DNA from: an uncultured Gammaproteobacteria bacterium
GTDB lineage: Bacteria; Patescibacteriota; Patescibacteriia; Magasanikbacterales; GWA2-37-8
Reading direction: 5' to 3'
Length of the DNA: 64,000 nucleotides
NCBI GenBank assembly: GCA_964540825.1
Contig: CAZINT010000001.1
Coordinates: 284,565 to 348,564, forward strand
In this document: positions 8,674 through 16,435 of the stretch, piece by piece
Layout of the letters: each line of letters opens with the position of its first letter
How positions within the stretch are numbered: the first letter of the stretch is position 1
Notes under the pieces: generated by a model
Seen by the model: only the letters and a program-made list of their open reading frames with translations
Told to the model about the DNA's origin: nothing
The model's database searches: none
Made by a program: the position numbers and the translations under genes

Positions 8674-9906
8674 TTATGCTGCCATCCGGTCGTCAATAGT
8701 TGTCAACTTATCGGATTTTGTTCTAATTTTCTTTTTAAGGTCAATAAGCAGTTCAAGGCTGTTTAGTTTTCGCAAAGCTGCGCGTTCAGCGGCTGGATCA
8801 TTTTTTGCTTCTCGAGCAACGATTGCAGCTTCGGCAGCAGCTCCTCGCAAGGCAGTAAGTTCATTTAATGTAATGGTGTCAGGTGACCGACCTTCTAATT
8901 CTGGCACGTCACCAACATCAAGCTCGGCATTAAATTCTTTTTGCAAATCAAATACCTCATGAACGATATTTTCTGGAGCTTCAAGCGCGGCATCTAAAGC
9001 TTTGATATGACTTATGTTTTTAGCTTCTTTTGTGCTCTGTTGGGCCTGAACTTCTTGGAGCCTTTTAATTATACTCGTAAGGAGGTTGACTTGCTTCCGT
9101 TCAGGCGAGAATGCTTCATCTTTTCCGATACCTCTGATTTCTTCTTGTAAATAGGCTATTGCATCCTGCGTTTCTCCTTTGGCTATTTTGGTAAGTATGA
9201 GTTTTGTGTTAAGCAGTGATTTTTCAAGAACTTTTTTCTGCTCGCCCAATTGCTCAATGCGTGATTGTAATTGTTTTTCTTTACTTACAAATTTTTGTCT
9301 CGTCACAAGTTGGTCGGCAGGATCTGTTTTTCCGATCATCTCCTCCTGTAGAGCAATAGGAAGCGCCGCTATTTCATCCTTAAGCTCTTCTGCTTTTTTG
9401 TCAAAATTAGTGTTAATTGCTGTTTCTAAAGATTTTACCCGCTGTTCAAAAAAAGCAGCTGGATCATCCGGGTCTTTTCTTTCAAAGAATTCTCTTATCT
9501 GCTTATCAAGTTCGTCTTCCTCGCTTTTAAATTTTGCAGCTGCACTTTCAACCTTAGTTTTTAACGCCGATTCTTTTTGGGCTGCTCGTGCTTCTTGTTC
9601 AGCATCAAGCCTAAGACCTTGTTGGTCTGCAATAGCCTGTAAATCTACGAGTGTGCGCCCTGCTTCTTCGTCCAGAGTTTCGGCGGCAAGTTCTCCTTCG
9701 TGTTTTATGGCCTGAATCATTTCTGCGCCTTCACGAGCTGCAGCAGGTCCGTCTGGCATAGCTTCACTTTCCCGGGCCTCATTCGATTCAGCGCTCTTTG
9801 CCAAACCCCATTTTTCTAATTTATTTCGCAGCCAGCCTTTTTTTTCTGTCTTGAGTACTTTAACTTTGTCGGTAGAAGTTTGTTCGCGAGATTGCTCTTT
9901 GGGCAT
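8674..9906 (-). CDS. Long coiled-coil protein, hypothetical
   Basis: 410 aa, E/K/A/Q-rich heptad-like sequence throughout, no TM; no recognisable catalytic motif. Confidence 0.5.
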   Translation of the reverse strand: MPKEQSREQTSTDKVKVLKTEKKGWLRNKLEKWGLAKSAESNEARESEAMPDGPAAAREGAEMIQAIKHEGELAAETLDEEAGRTLVDLQAIADQQGLRLDAEQEARAAQKESALKTKVESAAAKFKSEEDELDKQIREFFERKDPDDPAAFFEQRVKSLETAINTNFDKKAEELKDEIAALPIALQEEMIGKTDPADQLVTRQKFVSKEKQLQSRIEQLGEQKKVLEKSLLNTKLILTKIAKGETQDAIAYLQEEIRGIGKDEAFSPERKQVNLLTSIIKRLQEVQAQQSTKEAKNISHIKALDAALEAPENIVHEVFDLQKEFNAELDVGDVPELEGRSPDTITLNELTALRGAAAEAAIVAREAKNDPAAERAALRKLNSLELLIDLKKKIRTKSDKLTTIDDRMAA

Positions 9907-9909
9907 ATT

Positions 9910-10098
9910 TTATAATTTATCAATTTTAGATTTAAGGATAGAAATTTTTTTTTGCTCAGCCTCCTTAATAAGTTCATTGATAATTTGAGATCGCTCTTCA
10001 CGCACTTCTTTTAACCCTGTTAAAAAAGCTGTCAGTGTCTGGTATGCTTGGCCAACAATGGCTTTAATTTGTTCGAATTTTGAAATATCCTCCGACAT
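9910..10098 (-). CDS. Small coiled-coil protein, hypothetical
   Basis: ORF track gives 9910..10170. The internal start MSEDISKFEQ at 10098 is more plausible. Immediately upstream of, and co-oriented with, the 410-aa coiled-coil gene (4-nt gap). Confidence 0.3.
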   Translation of the reverse strand: MSEDISKFEQIKAIVGQAYQTLTAFLTGLKEVREERSQIINELIKEAEQKKISILKSKIDKL

Positions 10099-10203
10099 AT
10101 ATAACGATTTAGTACGGTTAGAATAGCACAAAATGAAGCTTTTTGCCAATACAATTGATTTATGTAACAAATCGTGCTATTTTAAAGCCAAATAACTAAT
10201 TAT

Positions 10204-11091
10204 ATGCCTGTTCACGAAATCCTTCTCTATTACAAATACGTCACCATCGAGGACCCGGAAGGGCTTCGCCTGGCACACATGGAACTCTGTAAACGCCTGG
10301 GCTTAAAGGGCCGTATTATTATTGCCAAAGAGGGGATTAACGGCACGGTTGAGGGGGTAGTAGAAAATACTCAGCAGTATATTGATATCATGCGCCAGGA
10401 CCCTCGTTTTGTTGATATGAATTTTAAACGAAGTAGTGGTACCGGCAACGCTTTTCCTAAACTATCTGTCAAAGTGCGGGGCGAGATTGTGAGTGGGCAC
10501 CTGAAGGCCGACGACTTGAATCCGAATGAAATTACGGGTAAGTATCTGTCTGCCGAAACGCTCCATGACTGGATTCAGAATGGCCGTGAATTTTATATCG
10601 TTGACATGCGCAACGACTACGAACACAAGTCAGGTCATTTTGCCGGCTCTATTTTGCCCCCGCTTGAAAATTTCCGTGACCTGCCTAAGGTATTGCCGGT
10701 GCTCAGCCATTTAAAGGATAAGACGATTGTAACGGTGTGTACGGGCGGCGTGCGCTGTGAAAAGGCTTCGGGTTTTTTGGTGAAGCATGGGTTTAAAGAT
10801 GTGTATCAGCTCCACAATGGCATTGTAACCTATATGGAAAAATATCCGGGCGAAGATTTCAAGGGCAGTTTATATGTTTTTGATGGACGTGTGACAATGG
10901 CCTTTGGTGAACATGAAGTTATTGGAAAATGTGAGAAATGTGGTAGGGCGAGTGAGCGCTATCTTAATTGCGGAAACCTTCGTTGTCACCGACATTTTAT
11001 TTGCTGCGAAACATGCGGGCCGCTCGAACGAGCGACACCCTGTTCGTTTGTGTGTCGTCTGCGCCTCGCGCTGAGCACAGTCCTTGCTTAA
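10204..11091 (+). CDS. trhO: Rhodanese-domain tRNA U34 hydroxylase family protein (UPF0176/YceA/TrhO) with a C-terminal Cys-rich extension
   Basis: N-terminal LLYYKYV...IAKEGINGTVEG, a rhodanese active-site region (VTVCTGGVRCEKA), then a CxxC-rich tail. Confidence 0.8.
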   Translation: MPVHEILLYYKYVTIEDPEGLRLAHMELCKRLGLKGRIIIAKEGINGTVEGVVENTQQYIDIMRQDPRFVDMNFKRSSGTGNAFPKLSVKVRGEIVSGHLKADDLNPNEITGKYLSAETLHDWIQNGREFYIVDMRNDYEHKSGHFAGSILPPLENFRDLPKVLPVLSHLKDKTIVTVCTGGVRCEKASGFLVKHGFKDVYQLHNGIVTYMEKYPGEDFKGSLYVFDGRVTMAFGEHEVIGKCEKCGRASERYLNCGNLRCHRHFICCETCGPLERATPCSFVCRLRLALSTVLA

Positions 11092-11144
11092 TCTTTGCTT
11101 CTTGTAGCGAAAAATGCTACACTATGCGTACTTAACCTCTCGGT

Positions 11145-11876
11145 ATGCTCTCAGGAATTTGGTATACGTTTCTTTATCAGCCCGTTTTTAACGCGCTGTT
11201 TTGGATTTATGCGCATGTTGCCGGGCAGAACTTGGGCTGGGCCGTTATTTGGCTGACCATTTTTTTGCGCATTATCTTGCTTCCCCTCAGTATTATTTCG
11301 GAACACAATAACACGAAGCAGCAAAAAATTGATGAAGAAATTGCGCGGCTGAAAACAGTTTACAAAAACGATTCTATTACTCAAAAAGAAGAAATTCGCC
11401 GAATGCTCAAAAAGCATTATGTGTCACCGTGGGCTCGTGTTATCGTGCTGTTAGTGCAGGTAGTCGTATTCTTTTTACTCTATCAAGTTTTCGTACGCGG
11501 TATCAGCGGCGAAAAAGTAATTAAGATTTTATATCCATTTGTTGAATTTCCGGGGGTTATTAACACTTCATTTTACGGCTTTAATATCGGGCTCCATCAC
11601 GATTATGTTTGGTCGGGGATTGTTGCTCTGTATGTGTTTGTTTCTATTCTGCTCGAGCAGCGCAAAAAGAAAACTAAAACCGAAAGTGCGGATGCGGTAT
11701 ACTTGATTTTATTTCCAACCTTTATTTTCTTTTTCCTGTGGTTTCTGCCCATGGTTAAAGCTTTATTTATTTTGACAACGCTGGTTTTTTCTGATATCGT
11801 AAAATTCATTAGTAAAGTTATTTTTGCTCCTAAAAAAGAGGCGCACGGGCATGATGACCATGGTGGCCATCATTAA
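11145..11876 (+). CDS. yidC: YidC/Oxa1-family membrane protein insertase (short monoderm type) with a His-rich C-terminal tail
   Basis: Signature region NLGWAVIWLTIFLRIILLPLS and several TMs; ends HGHDDHGGHH. Confidence 0.72.
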   Translation: MLSGIWYTFLYQPVFNALFWIYAHVAGQNLGWAVIWLTIFLRIILLPLSIISEHNNTKQQKIDEEIARLKTVYKNDSITQKEEIRRMLKKHYVSPWARVIVLLVQVVVFFLLYQVFVRGISGEKVIKILYPFVEFPGVINTSFYGFNIGLHHDYVWSGIVALYVFVSILLEQRKKKTKTESADAVYLILFPTFIFFFLWFLPMVKALFILTTLVFSDIVKFISKVIFAPKKEAHGHDDHGGHH

Positions 11877-11900
11877 ACTTTCGGAAATTAAATTTTTTGT

Positions 11901-12470
11901 ATGGCCGGAGATTCACTCGACAAACTGATGTACTCGTTCGTCGTCGAAGACGTACTCAAGGGATTGTTTATCTACGTTCCACCAGGTTATGTAGCGTGTG
12001 TCTACGATCTTGGTCGCGGAGTGCTTAAAAAAGTGTTGACTCCTGGACTGCATCTCAAAATTCCATTTTGGCAGAAAGCAAAATTATTTAATACCCAGAC
12101 ACTTGAATATAGTATTTCTCGTCAGTTTAATCCCGAGAACGAGCGTGCGATGGGCGATATCCCAACCGCCGCAGTAACCCAGGATGGTAAAAAGGTGGGA
12201 ACGGAAGGAACAATTCTGCTTCGCCTCGATGTTCATCAGATTCCATCGATTTGGCAAACGGTTGGTGAAGACTTTGTGGCCAAGATCGTTCGCCCCAGTA
12301 TTCGTAGTCGTATACGTATGGTTTTTAGCCGCTTTGATTATCAGGATATTATCGGCCCCAAGCGTGATCAGGTGGAAATGGAGCTTAAGAATGAACTGGA
12401 ACGCATTTTCTACGCTCGCGGCATTTACGTTGAAAATGTTTTATTAAGTGAGATTAGTCAGATACATTAA
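11901..12470 (+). CDS. SPFH/Band-7 (prohibitin/stomatin-like) domain protein
   Basis: Domain-like region IPTAAVTQDGKKVGTEGTILLRLD...; no TM. Confidence 0.65.
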   Translation: MAGDSLDKLMYSFVVEDVLKGLFIYVPPGYVACVYDLGRGVLKKVLTPGLHLKIPFWQKAKLFNTQTLEYSISRQFNPENERAMGDIPTAAVTQDGKKVGTEGTILLRLDVHQIPSIWQTVGEDFVAKIVRPSIRSRIRMVFSRFDYQDIIGPKRDQVEMELKNELERIFYARGIYVENVLLSEISQIH

Positions 12471-12484
12471 TAAAAATATACCAA

Positions 12485-12513
12485 AAAACAGACCTATTAA
12501 GGTCTGTTTTTTG
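12485..12513 (+). terminator. Rho-independent terminator (AAAACAGACC-TATTAA-GGTCTGTTTT followed by TT)
   Basis: Perfect 10-bp stem plus U-tract directly after the SPFH gene. Confidence 0.8.
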
Positions 12514-13091
12514 TTCTGCCGACTGTGAATAAGTGGTTGTTTCAAGCCTGGAAGTTTTTTTGATTATTTGATAGGGTCTGTTTACCAAGGCCTCTAAAGG
12601 CTGGGAGTAACTAGAGATGTTGGATCGAGAACCACCGGTGACCGGGTTTTTTTCTCGCAAGCAGCGCACGGCTCAAATCCGATTCGTTCGTGCTTCGCAT
12701 GGGGAGACGATCGTCTTCCTGCCGACGGGCACCAACCGGGATGAGTACCGAGTTTTCAAGGTTTTCAATGGGAGTGGCGGGTCTGAGATCTGTGGTGATG
12801 ACGCGGCCCGGCTCGTGCGCGAATGCCGTGCAACCTGGCAGCGTGGGTGGCTCACAGATTTCCACCAGCTGGCAGCGGTGATGGGTACGGGTGTGCCGCA
12901 CCAGCCAACGCCACCCAAGAAGTCGCGCAACTAAGGGCTGAGCCTATCTGTTGCCTTTTTACCTCCCTATATTTGGAAAAGTCAAAGGGAGTGTGCCTAT
13001 AGTGTTTTACTAAAGACACGACAGGCATCCCTTTGATGTGGTAATAAATAACCCTTTCCCGGGGTTATTTTAATTTGTGCATAACTTTTTC

Positions 13092-13120
13092 TTGACGCCT
13101 GTAGAGGGGGCTGGTATATT
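13092..13120 (+). promoter_or_regulatory. Sigma-70 promoter of the hrcA operon: TTGACG (13092-13097), 17-nt spacer, TATATT (13115-13120)
   Basis: Hexamers and spacing read directly; overlaps the CIRCE operator. Confidence 0.7.
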
Positions 13121-13145
13121 ATCACTCGTATACAGTGAGTGATAA
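13119..13145 (+). promoter_or_regulatory. CIRCE-like HrcA operator: TTATCACTC-N9-GAGTGATAA
   Basis: Perfect 9-bp inverted repeat with a 9-nt spacer. It differs from the canonical CIRCE TTAGCACTC-N9-GAGTGCTAA at one symmetric position per arm and overlaps the -10 hexamer upstream of hrcA. Confidence 0.8.
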
Positions 13146-13171
13146 ATTAGCCTCCTCGGAGGAAAAGTGTT

Positions 13172-13855
13172 ATGGACGCTCGACCTGAAAAACTATTAAC
13201 CCTGGTAATTGAACATTATGTCGAAACTGCCGAACCGGTAGGTTCGAGATTTTTGGTTGATAAGGGCAATTTGGAGTGGAGCGAAGCGACGGTGCGTAAT
13301 GAACTACGGGCACTTGAAGAAGCGGGGTATCTTACTCACCCACATACTTCGGCTGGGCGCATTCCAACGCAGCAAGGATATCACTACTATATCGAACGTC
13401 TTAATTTGACTGCTGCGGAAGCAACAAAGGCGGCAGAAAAAAAATTAGCATCAGTCTTAGAAACAATCGGTGACTACGAACAAGCGCGCAAAGGAATTGC
13501 TAAAGCCCTTGTAGAGCTTGCGGATCAAACAGTGATGGTCGCTTTTTCCCCAGACAAAGTCTACTACACTGGCCTTAGTAATTTGTTCCAAAAACCGGAC
13601 TTTGCCGAGATGAATTTGGTCGCCGATATTTCTGCGATGTTCGATCGCTGCGAAGAAGCTCTTGAAGCGTTCGCGCCGCGTGTGACGGATATAAATTATT
13701 TTATTGGCACACAGCACCCCTTTGGACGCCTTCTCAGTGTGCTCGCGATACGGTTTGGGAAAGATAATCAATCACTTTTACTCATGCTTGGGCCCCAACG
13801 CATGGATTATTACAAAAATTGGGGACTCATGAAAAAGGTAAAAGAACTGATTTAA
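13172..13855 (+). CDS. hrcA: Heat-inducible transcription repressor HrcA (short, 227 aa)
   Basis: N-terminal wHTH region LLTLVIEHYVETAEPVGSRFL...TVRNELRALEEAGYLTHPHTSAGRIPT; followed by grpE. Confidence 0.8.
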   Translation: MDARPEKLLTLVIEHYVETAEPVGSRFLVDKGNLEWSEATVRNELRALEEAGYLTHPHTSAGRIPTQQGYHYYIERLNLTAAEATKAAEKKLASVLETIGDYEQARKGIAKALVELADQTVMVAFSPDKVYYTGLSNLFQKPDFAEMNLVADISAMFDRCEEALEAFAPRVTDINYFIGTQHPFGRLLSVLAIRFGKDNQSLLLMLGPQRMDYYKNWGLMKKVKELI

Positions 13856-13874
13856 ATTGCTAAATTGTTAGTGT

Positions 13875-14417
13875 ATGAACGATGACCAAATTAAAGATGA
13901 ATTACCTGATACAAATGAATTACATTCAGAAACCGGGCAGCAGGAACAAATCGAACCGGGCGATACGCTGCAAAAACAAATGGAAGAATATAAGCTTGGT
14001 TGGCAGCGCGCCTTGGCCGATTATCAAAATTTACAAAAAGAAACGGCTGCCAGACGGGCTGAACTTGTTAGTATGAGTGAGCAGCAGATTGTGGAAGAGT
14101 TTATTCCGGTCTACGATAATTTCAAAAAAGCCTATTCGTTTCACCCCGAAGTTGATGATTCAGCCGAAGGTAAGAAAATTCAGAATTGGATTACAGGTAT
14201 TAGTTTTATCATGAAACAATTCGGGGACGTTCTTAAGTCATACAAAGTGGAAGAAATTAAAACAGTTGGCGAAAAATTAGATACCCGTTTTCACGAAGCG
14301 GCCGGTGAAGAAGCTGTAGAAGGTCAGGAATCCGGAACGATTGTCAGGGAAGTTGATGGGGGGTACACGATGAGCGGGCGAGTCATTAAACCTGCTAAAG
14401 TAATTATTGCAAAGTAA
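13875..14417 (+). CDS. grpE: Nucleotide exchange factor GrpE
   Basis: Coiled-coil region LRALADYQNLQKE...A, then the GrpE core (EEFIPVYDNFKKAY ... GYTMSGRVIKPAKV). Confidence 0.9.
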   Translation: MNDDQIKDELPDTNELHSETGQQEQIEPGDTLQKQMEEYKLGWQRALADYQNLQKETAARRAELVSMSEQQIVEEFIPVYDNFKKAYSFHPEVDDSAEGKKIQNWITGISFIMKQFGDVLKSYKVEEIKTVGEKLDTRFHEAAGEEAVEGQESGTIVREVDGGYTMSGRVIKPAKVIIAK

Positions 14418-14423
14418 TACTAT

Positions 14424-14744
14424 ATGTCTCTTTTTTGTGAACGCACAGAAACGCCGACCGAAGTGATTGTTACCTACAAATACCGAGCTCTGTATTATAT
14501 AGTATTTTTTGGAGCCCTGGTTTTGTCGACACTCGGTCAGAGGCTAGTGCCGGATACGCTTATACTTGAACTCGTTGCGTCGTTTGGTCCGGTGGCAGTC
14601 ATAGTCATATTTTGGGCAGTCTATTTCATAGATACGTGGAGCGTAAACCGAGAAGTTCGCCAGGCTATGAAAAACCAAAAAGTCGCTATCAGCGGCAACA
14701 AGTTTTCCTTTGCTAATCCCTTCACAGTAACAATTACCAAATAA
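14424..14744 (+). CDS. Small two-TM membrane protein, hypothetical
   Basis: 106-aa ORF with two hydrophobic helices, inside the heat-shock operon. Confidence 0.4.
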   Translation: MSLFCERTETPTEVIVTYKYRALYYIVFFGALVLSTLGQRLVPDTLILELVASFGPVAVIVIFWAVYFIDTWSVNREVRQAMKNQKVAISGNKFSFANPFTVTITK

Positions 14745-14771
14745 AAAATTTTATTCTTAATTTTTTATTCT

Positions 14772-15200
14772 ATGTCTCTTATACGCTATATCCCCAGTGA
14801 CGTGTTCGGCGAAATGGACGATATGTTCGGCAGTATGGCGCCGATGATTCCAAATGCGCCAAAGGCTTTCATGCCGGCGATCAATATGTACGAAACGGAG
14901 AACGCTGTGGTTGTGGAAGCCCCGCTTGCTGGAGTCCGCCCGGAAGATGTACAAGTCAGTGTCCAAAAAGGATTACTTATTTTGAAAGGCGAAAGCAACA
15001 AAGAACGCGAGATTGAAGAAAAAAATTATTACCGCAAAGAAATTCGCAGTGGTTCGTTTTACCGCGAAGTTGCTCTGCCAACATCGGTTGTGGAAAACGA
15101 AGTGAGCGCCGAATTTGCCGATGGCATGCTGAAGGTTACGGCGCCAAAAGCTCAAGCCGTTATGCCAAAGAAAATTGAGGTGAAGGTGACGAAGAAATAA
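14772..15200 (+). CDS. Hsp20/alpha-crystallin family small heat-shock protein
   Basis: Alpha-crystallin domain (ETENAVVVEAPLAGVRPEDVQVSVQKGLLILKGE...GSFYREVALP...GMLKVTAPK). Confidence 0.85.
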   Translation: MSLIRYIPSDVFGEMDDMFGSMAPMIPNAPKAFMPAINMYETENAVVVEAPLAGVRPEDVQVSVQKGLLILKGESNKEREIEEKNYYRKEIRSGSFYREVALPTSVVENEVSAEFADGMLKVTAPKAQAVMPKKIEVKVTKK

Positions 15201-15239
15201 TTTGTTATTTTGAATGGCAGCCTCTAATTCGTGGTATTA

Positions 15240-15263
15240 CCGCGCAGGCGGGAATCCAGGGTT
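15240..15263. repeat. 24-nt GC-rich palindromic element CCGCGCAGGCGGGAATCCAGGGTT (copy 1)
   Basis: Exact 24/24 match to 57293-57316. Core hairpin (A)TTxCCGC-GCAG-GCGGGAAT. Confidence 0.8.
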
Positions 15264-15313
15264 AGGCTGCTGATTCAGAACGACATGTTCTGACAAGTTC
15301 GTTTACAAACTTT

Positions 15314-16012
15314 TTGCCTGAGGGTGCCATGCAAGATTCAAAGTACCTTCGGCTCATCACGGGCCTGTTCGTCACCATCCTGGTCTTGTCGAACATCATC
15401 GGCGGCAAGATGGTTATGATCGCGGGAGTCAGCTTTTCCGCGGTGCTCATCGTCTTTCCAATCAGCTACATCATCGGTGACGTGCTCACCGAGGTGTACG
15501 GCTATGGAGCCGATAGGCGGATGATCTGGACAGGGTTTCTGTGCAACGCGCTCGCGGTCATCACGATCGAGATCGCGGTCAGCCTTCCGTCAGCCCCGTT
15601 CTACTACGGGCAACCTGCCTACGCTGCAGTTCTTGGGCAAAGCCCGCGCCTCCTGGTAGCTTCTTTTATCGCGTACCTGGTGGGCGGCTTTCTCAACGGG
15701 TTCATCCTTGCCAAGATGAAGATCTATGCGCAAGGTGAAAAGCTGTGGCAGCGCACGATCGGTTCAACCCTCGTGAGCCAGGCAGCTGACACGATCATTT
15801 TCAACGTCGTGGCGTTCGCTGGCATGTGGTTTGTCCCCCAGGTGTTCGCCTGGAGCCACATCGGGGCGATCGCGCTGACCGAGTGGAGCATCAAGTGCGG
15901 ATTCGAAATTCTGGCGACCCCCGTGACGTACGCCGTCGTTCGCTTACTGAAGCGCAGGGAAGGGCTCGACGTCTACGACTACAGGACTGACTTCAACCCA
16001 CTCAAGATCTGA
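15314..16012 (+). CDS. yhhQ: Queuosine-precursor transporter (YhhQ/QPT, DUF165 family)
   Basis: Polytopic protein with LVLSNIIGGK...VFPISYIIGDVLTEVYGY motifs typical of YhhQ. About 60% GC, clearly above neighbours. Confidence 0.78.
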   Translation: MPEGAMQDSKYLRLITGLFVTILVLSNIIGGKMVMIAGVSFSAVLIVFPISYIIGDVLTEVYGYGADRRMIWTGFLCNALAVITIEIAVSLPSAPFYYGQPAYAAVLGQSPRLLVASFIAYLVGGFLNGFILAKMKIYAQGEKLWQRTIGSTLVSQAADTIIFNVVAFAGMWFVPQVFAWSHIGAIALTEWSIKCGFEILATPVTYAVVRLLKRREGLDVYDYRTDFNPLKI

Positions 16013-16029
16013 TCTTTTTTCACACCCTG

Positions 16030-16070
16030 CCTCATGGCTCACTTTGCAGCTGCTTCTTGAGCCATGAGCT
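16030..16070 (+). terminator. 11-bp stem-loop (CTCATGGCTCA...TGAGCCATGAG) downstream of yhhQ
   Basis: Inverted repeat read directly; weak T-tract, so it may be a boundary structure or terminator. Confidence 0.4.
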
Positions 16071-16135
16071 GACTGAATTTAAAGTTCTTTGTTAGATTTT
16101 TAGAAGATTATTGCGTTTTAAATATATAATAAAGT

Positions 16136-16393
16136 ATGAATAAAAAAATTACTCTTAAAGAATGGAAAGAAATGGGAGTTGAGATTAAGGAAATACGTAA
16201 AAAAATGATGGACCTTCATATTTTGTTGGTAAAAAATTTTTCAAAAAATATTTATGCTAGTCAGTTAGAAAAAATTAAAAAATCTTTTGATGAATTAAGG
16301 TGTCAGCTGGACGATGCTGTCTGTAGTGAATTTCCACACACTGATGATAAAGAAGTTTTAACTATTTTTTATGGTAAGAATGAGAAAGAATAG
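16136..16393 (+). CDS. Small hypothetical protein
   Basis: 85-aa AT-rich ORF upstream of dnaK; no homology recognised. Confidence 0.3.
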   Translation: MNKKITLKEWKEMGVEIKEIRKKMMDLHILLVKNFSKNIYASQLEKIKKSFDELRCQLDDAVCSEFPHTDDKEVLTIFYGKNEKE

Positions 16394-16435
16394 ATTGTAA
16401 TTTTAAATAATCTTACTAATTAATCACATTTATAT

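Noticed and set aside
9179-9715. 178-aa Ser/Cys-rich ORF on the plus strand
   Set aside because: It lies entirely antisense within the 410-aa coiled-coil gene. Its low-complexity composition is the mirror of the GAA/AAG-rich sense strand, so it is an artefact.
12590-12960. tmRNA (ssrA) or RNase P RNA hypothesis for the GC-rich region upstream of hrcA
   Set aside because: I could not find the tmRNA 5' GGGG...UUCGACGGG acceptor or T-arm signatures, nor an in-frame tag peptide ending in a stop. I also could not find the RNase P P4 elements (GGAAAGUCCGG / ACAGAANCCGGCUUA) on either strand. It is kept only as an unassigned candidate ncRNA or foreign insert.
15225-15313. preQ1 riboswitch upstream of the yhhQ transporter
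   Set aside because: The leader has hairpins (GGCAGCCT.../CAGAAC-GACAT-GTTCTG) but not the preQ1-I architecture (P1 stem with a CCC-containing loop followed by an A-rich ...AAAAAACUA tail). There is not enough support to call it.
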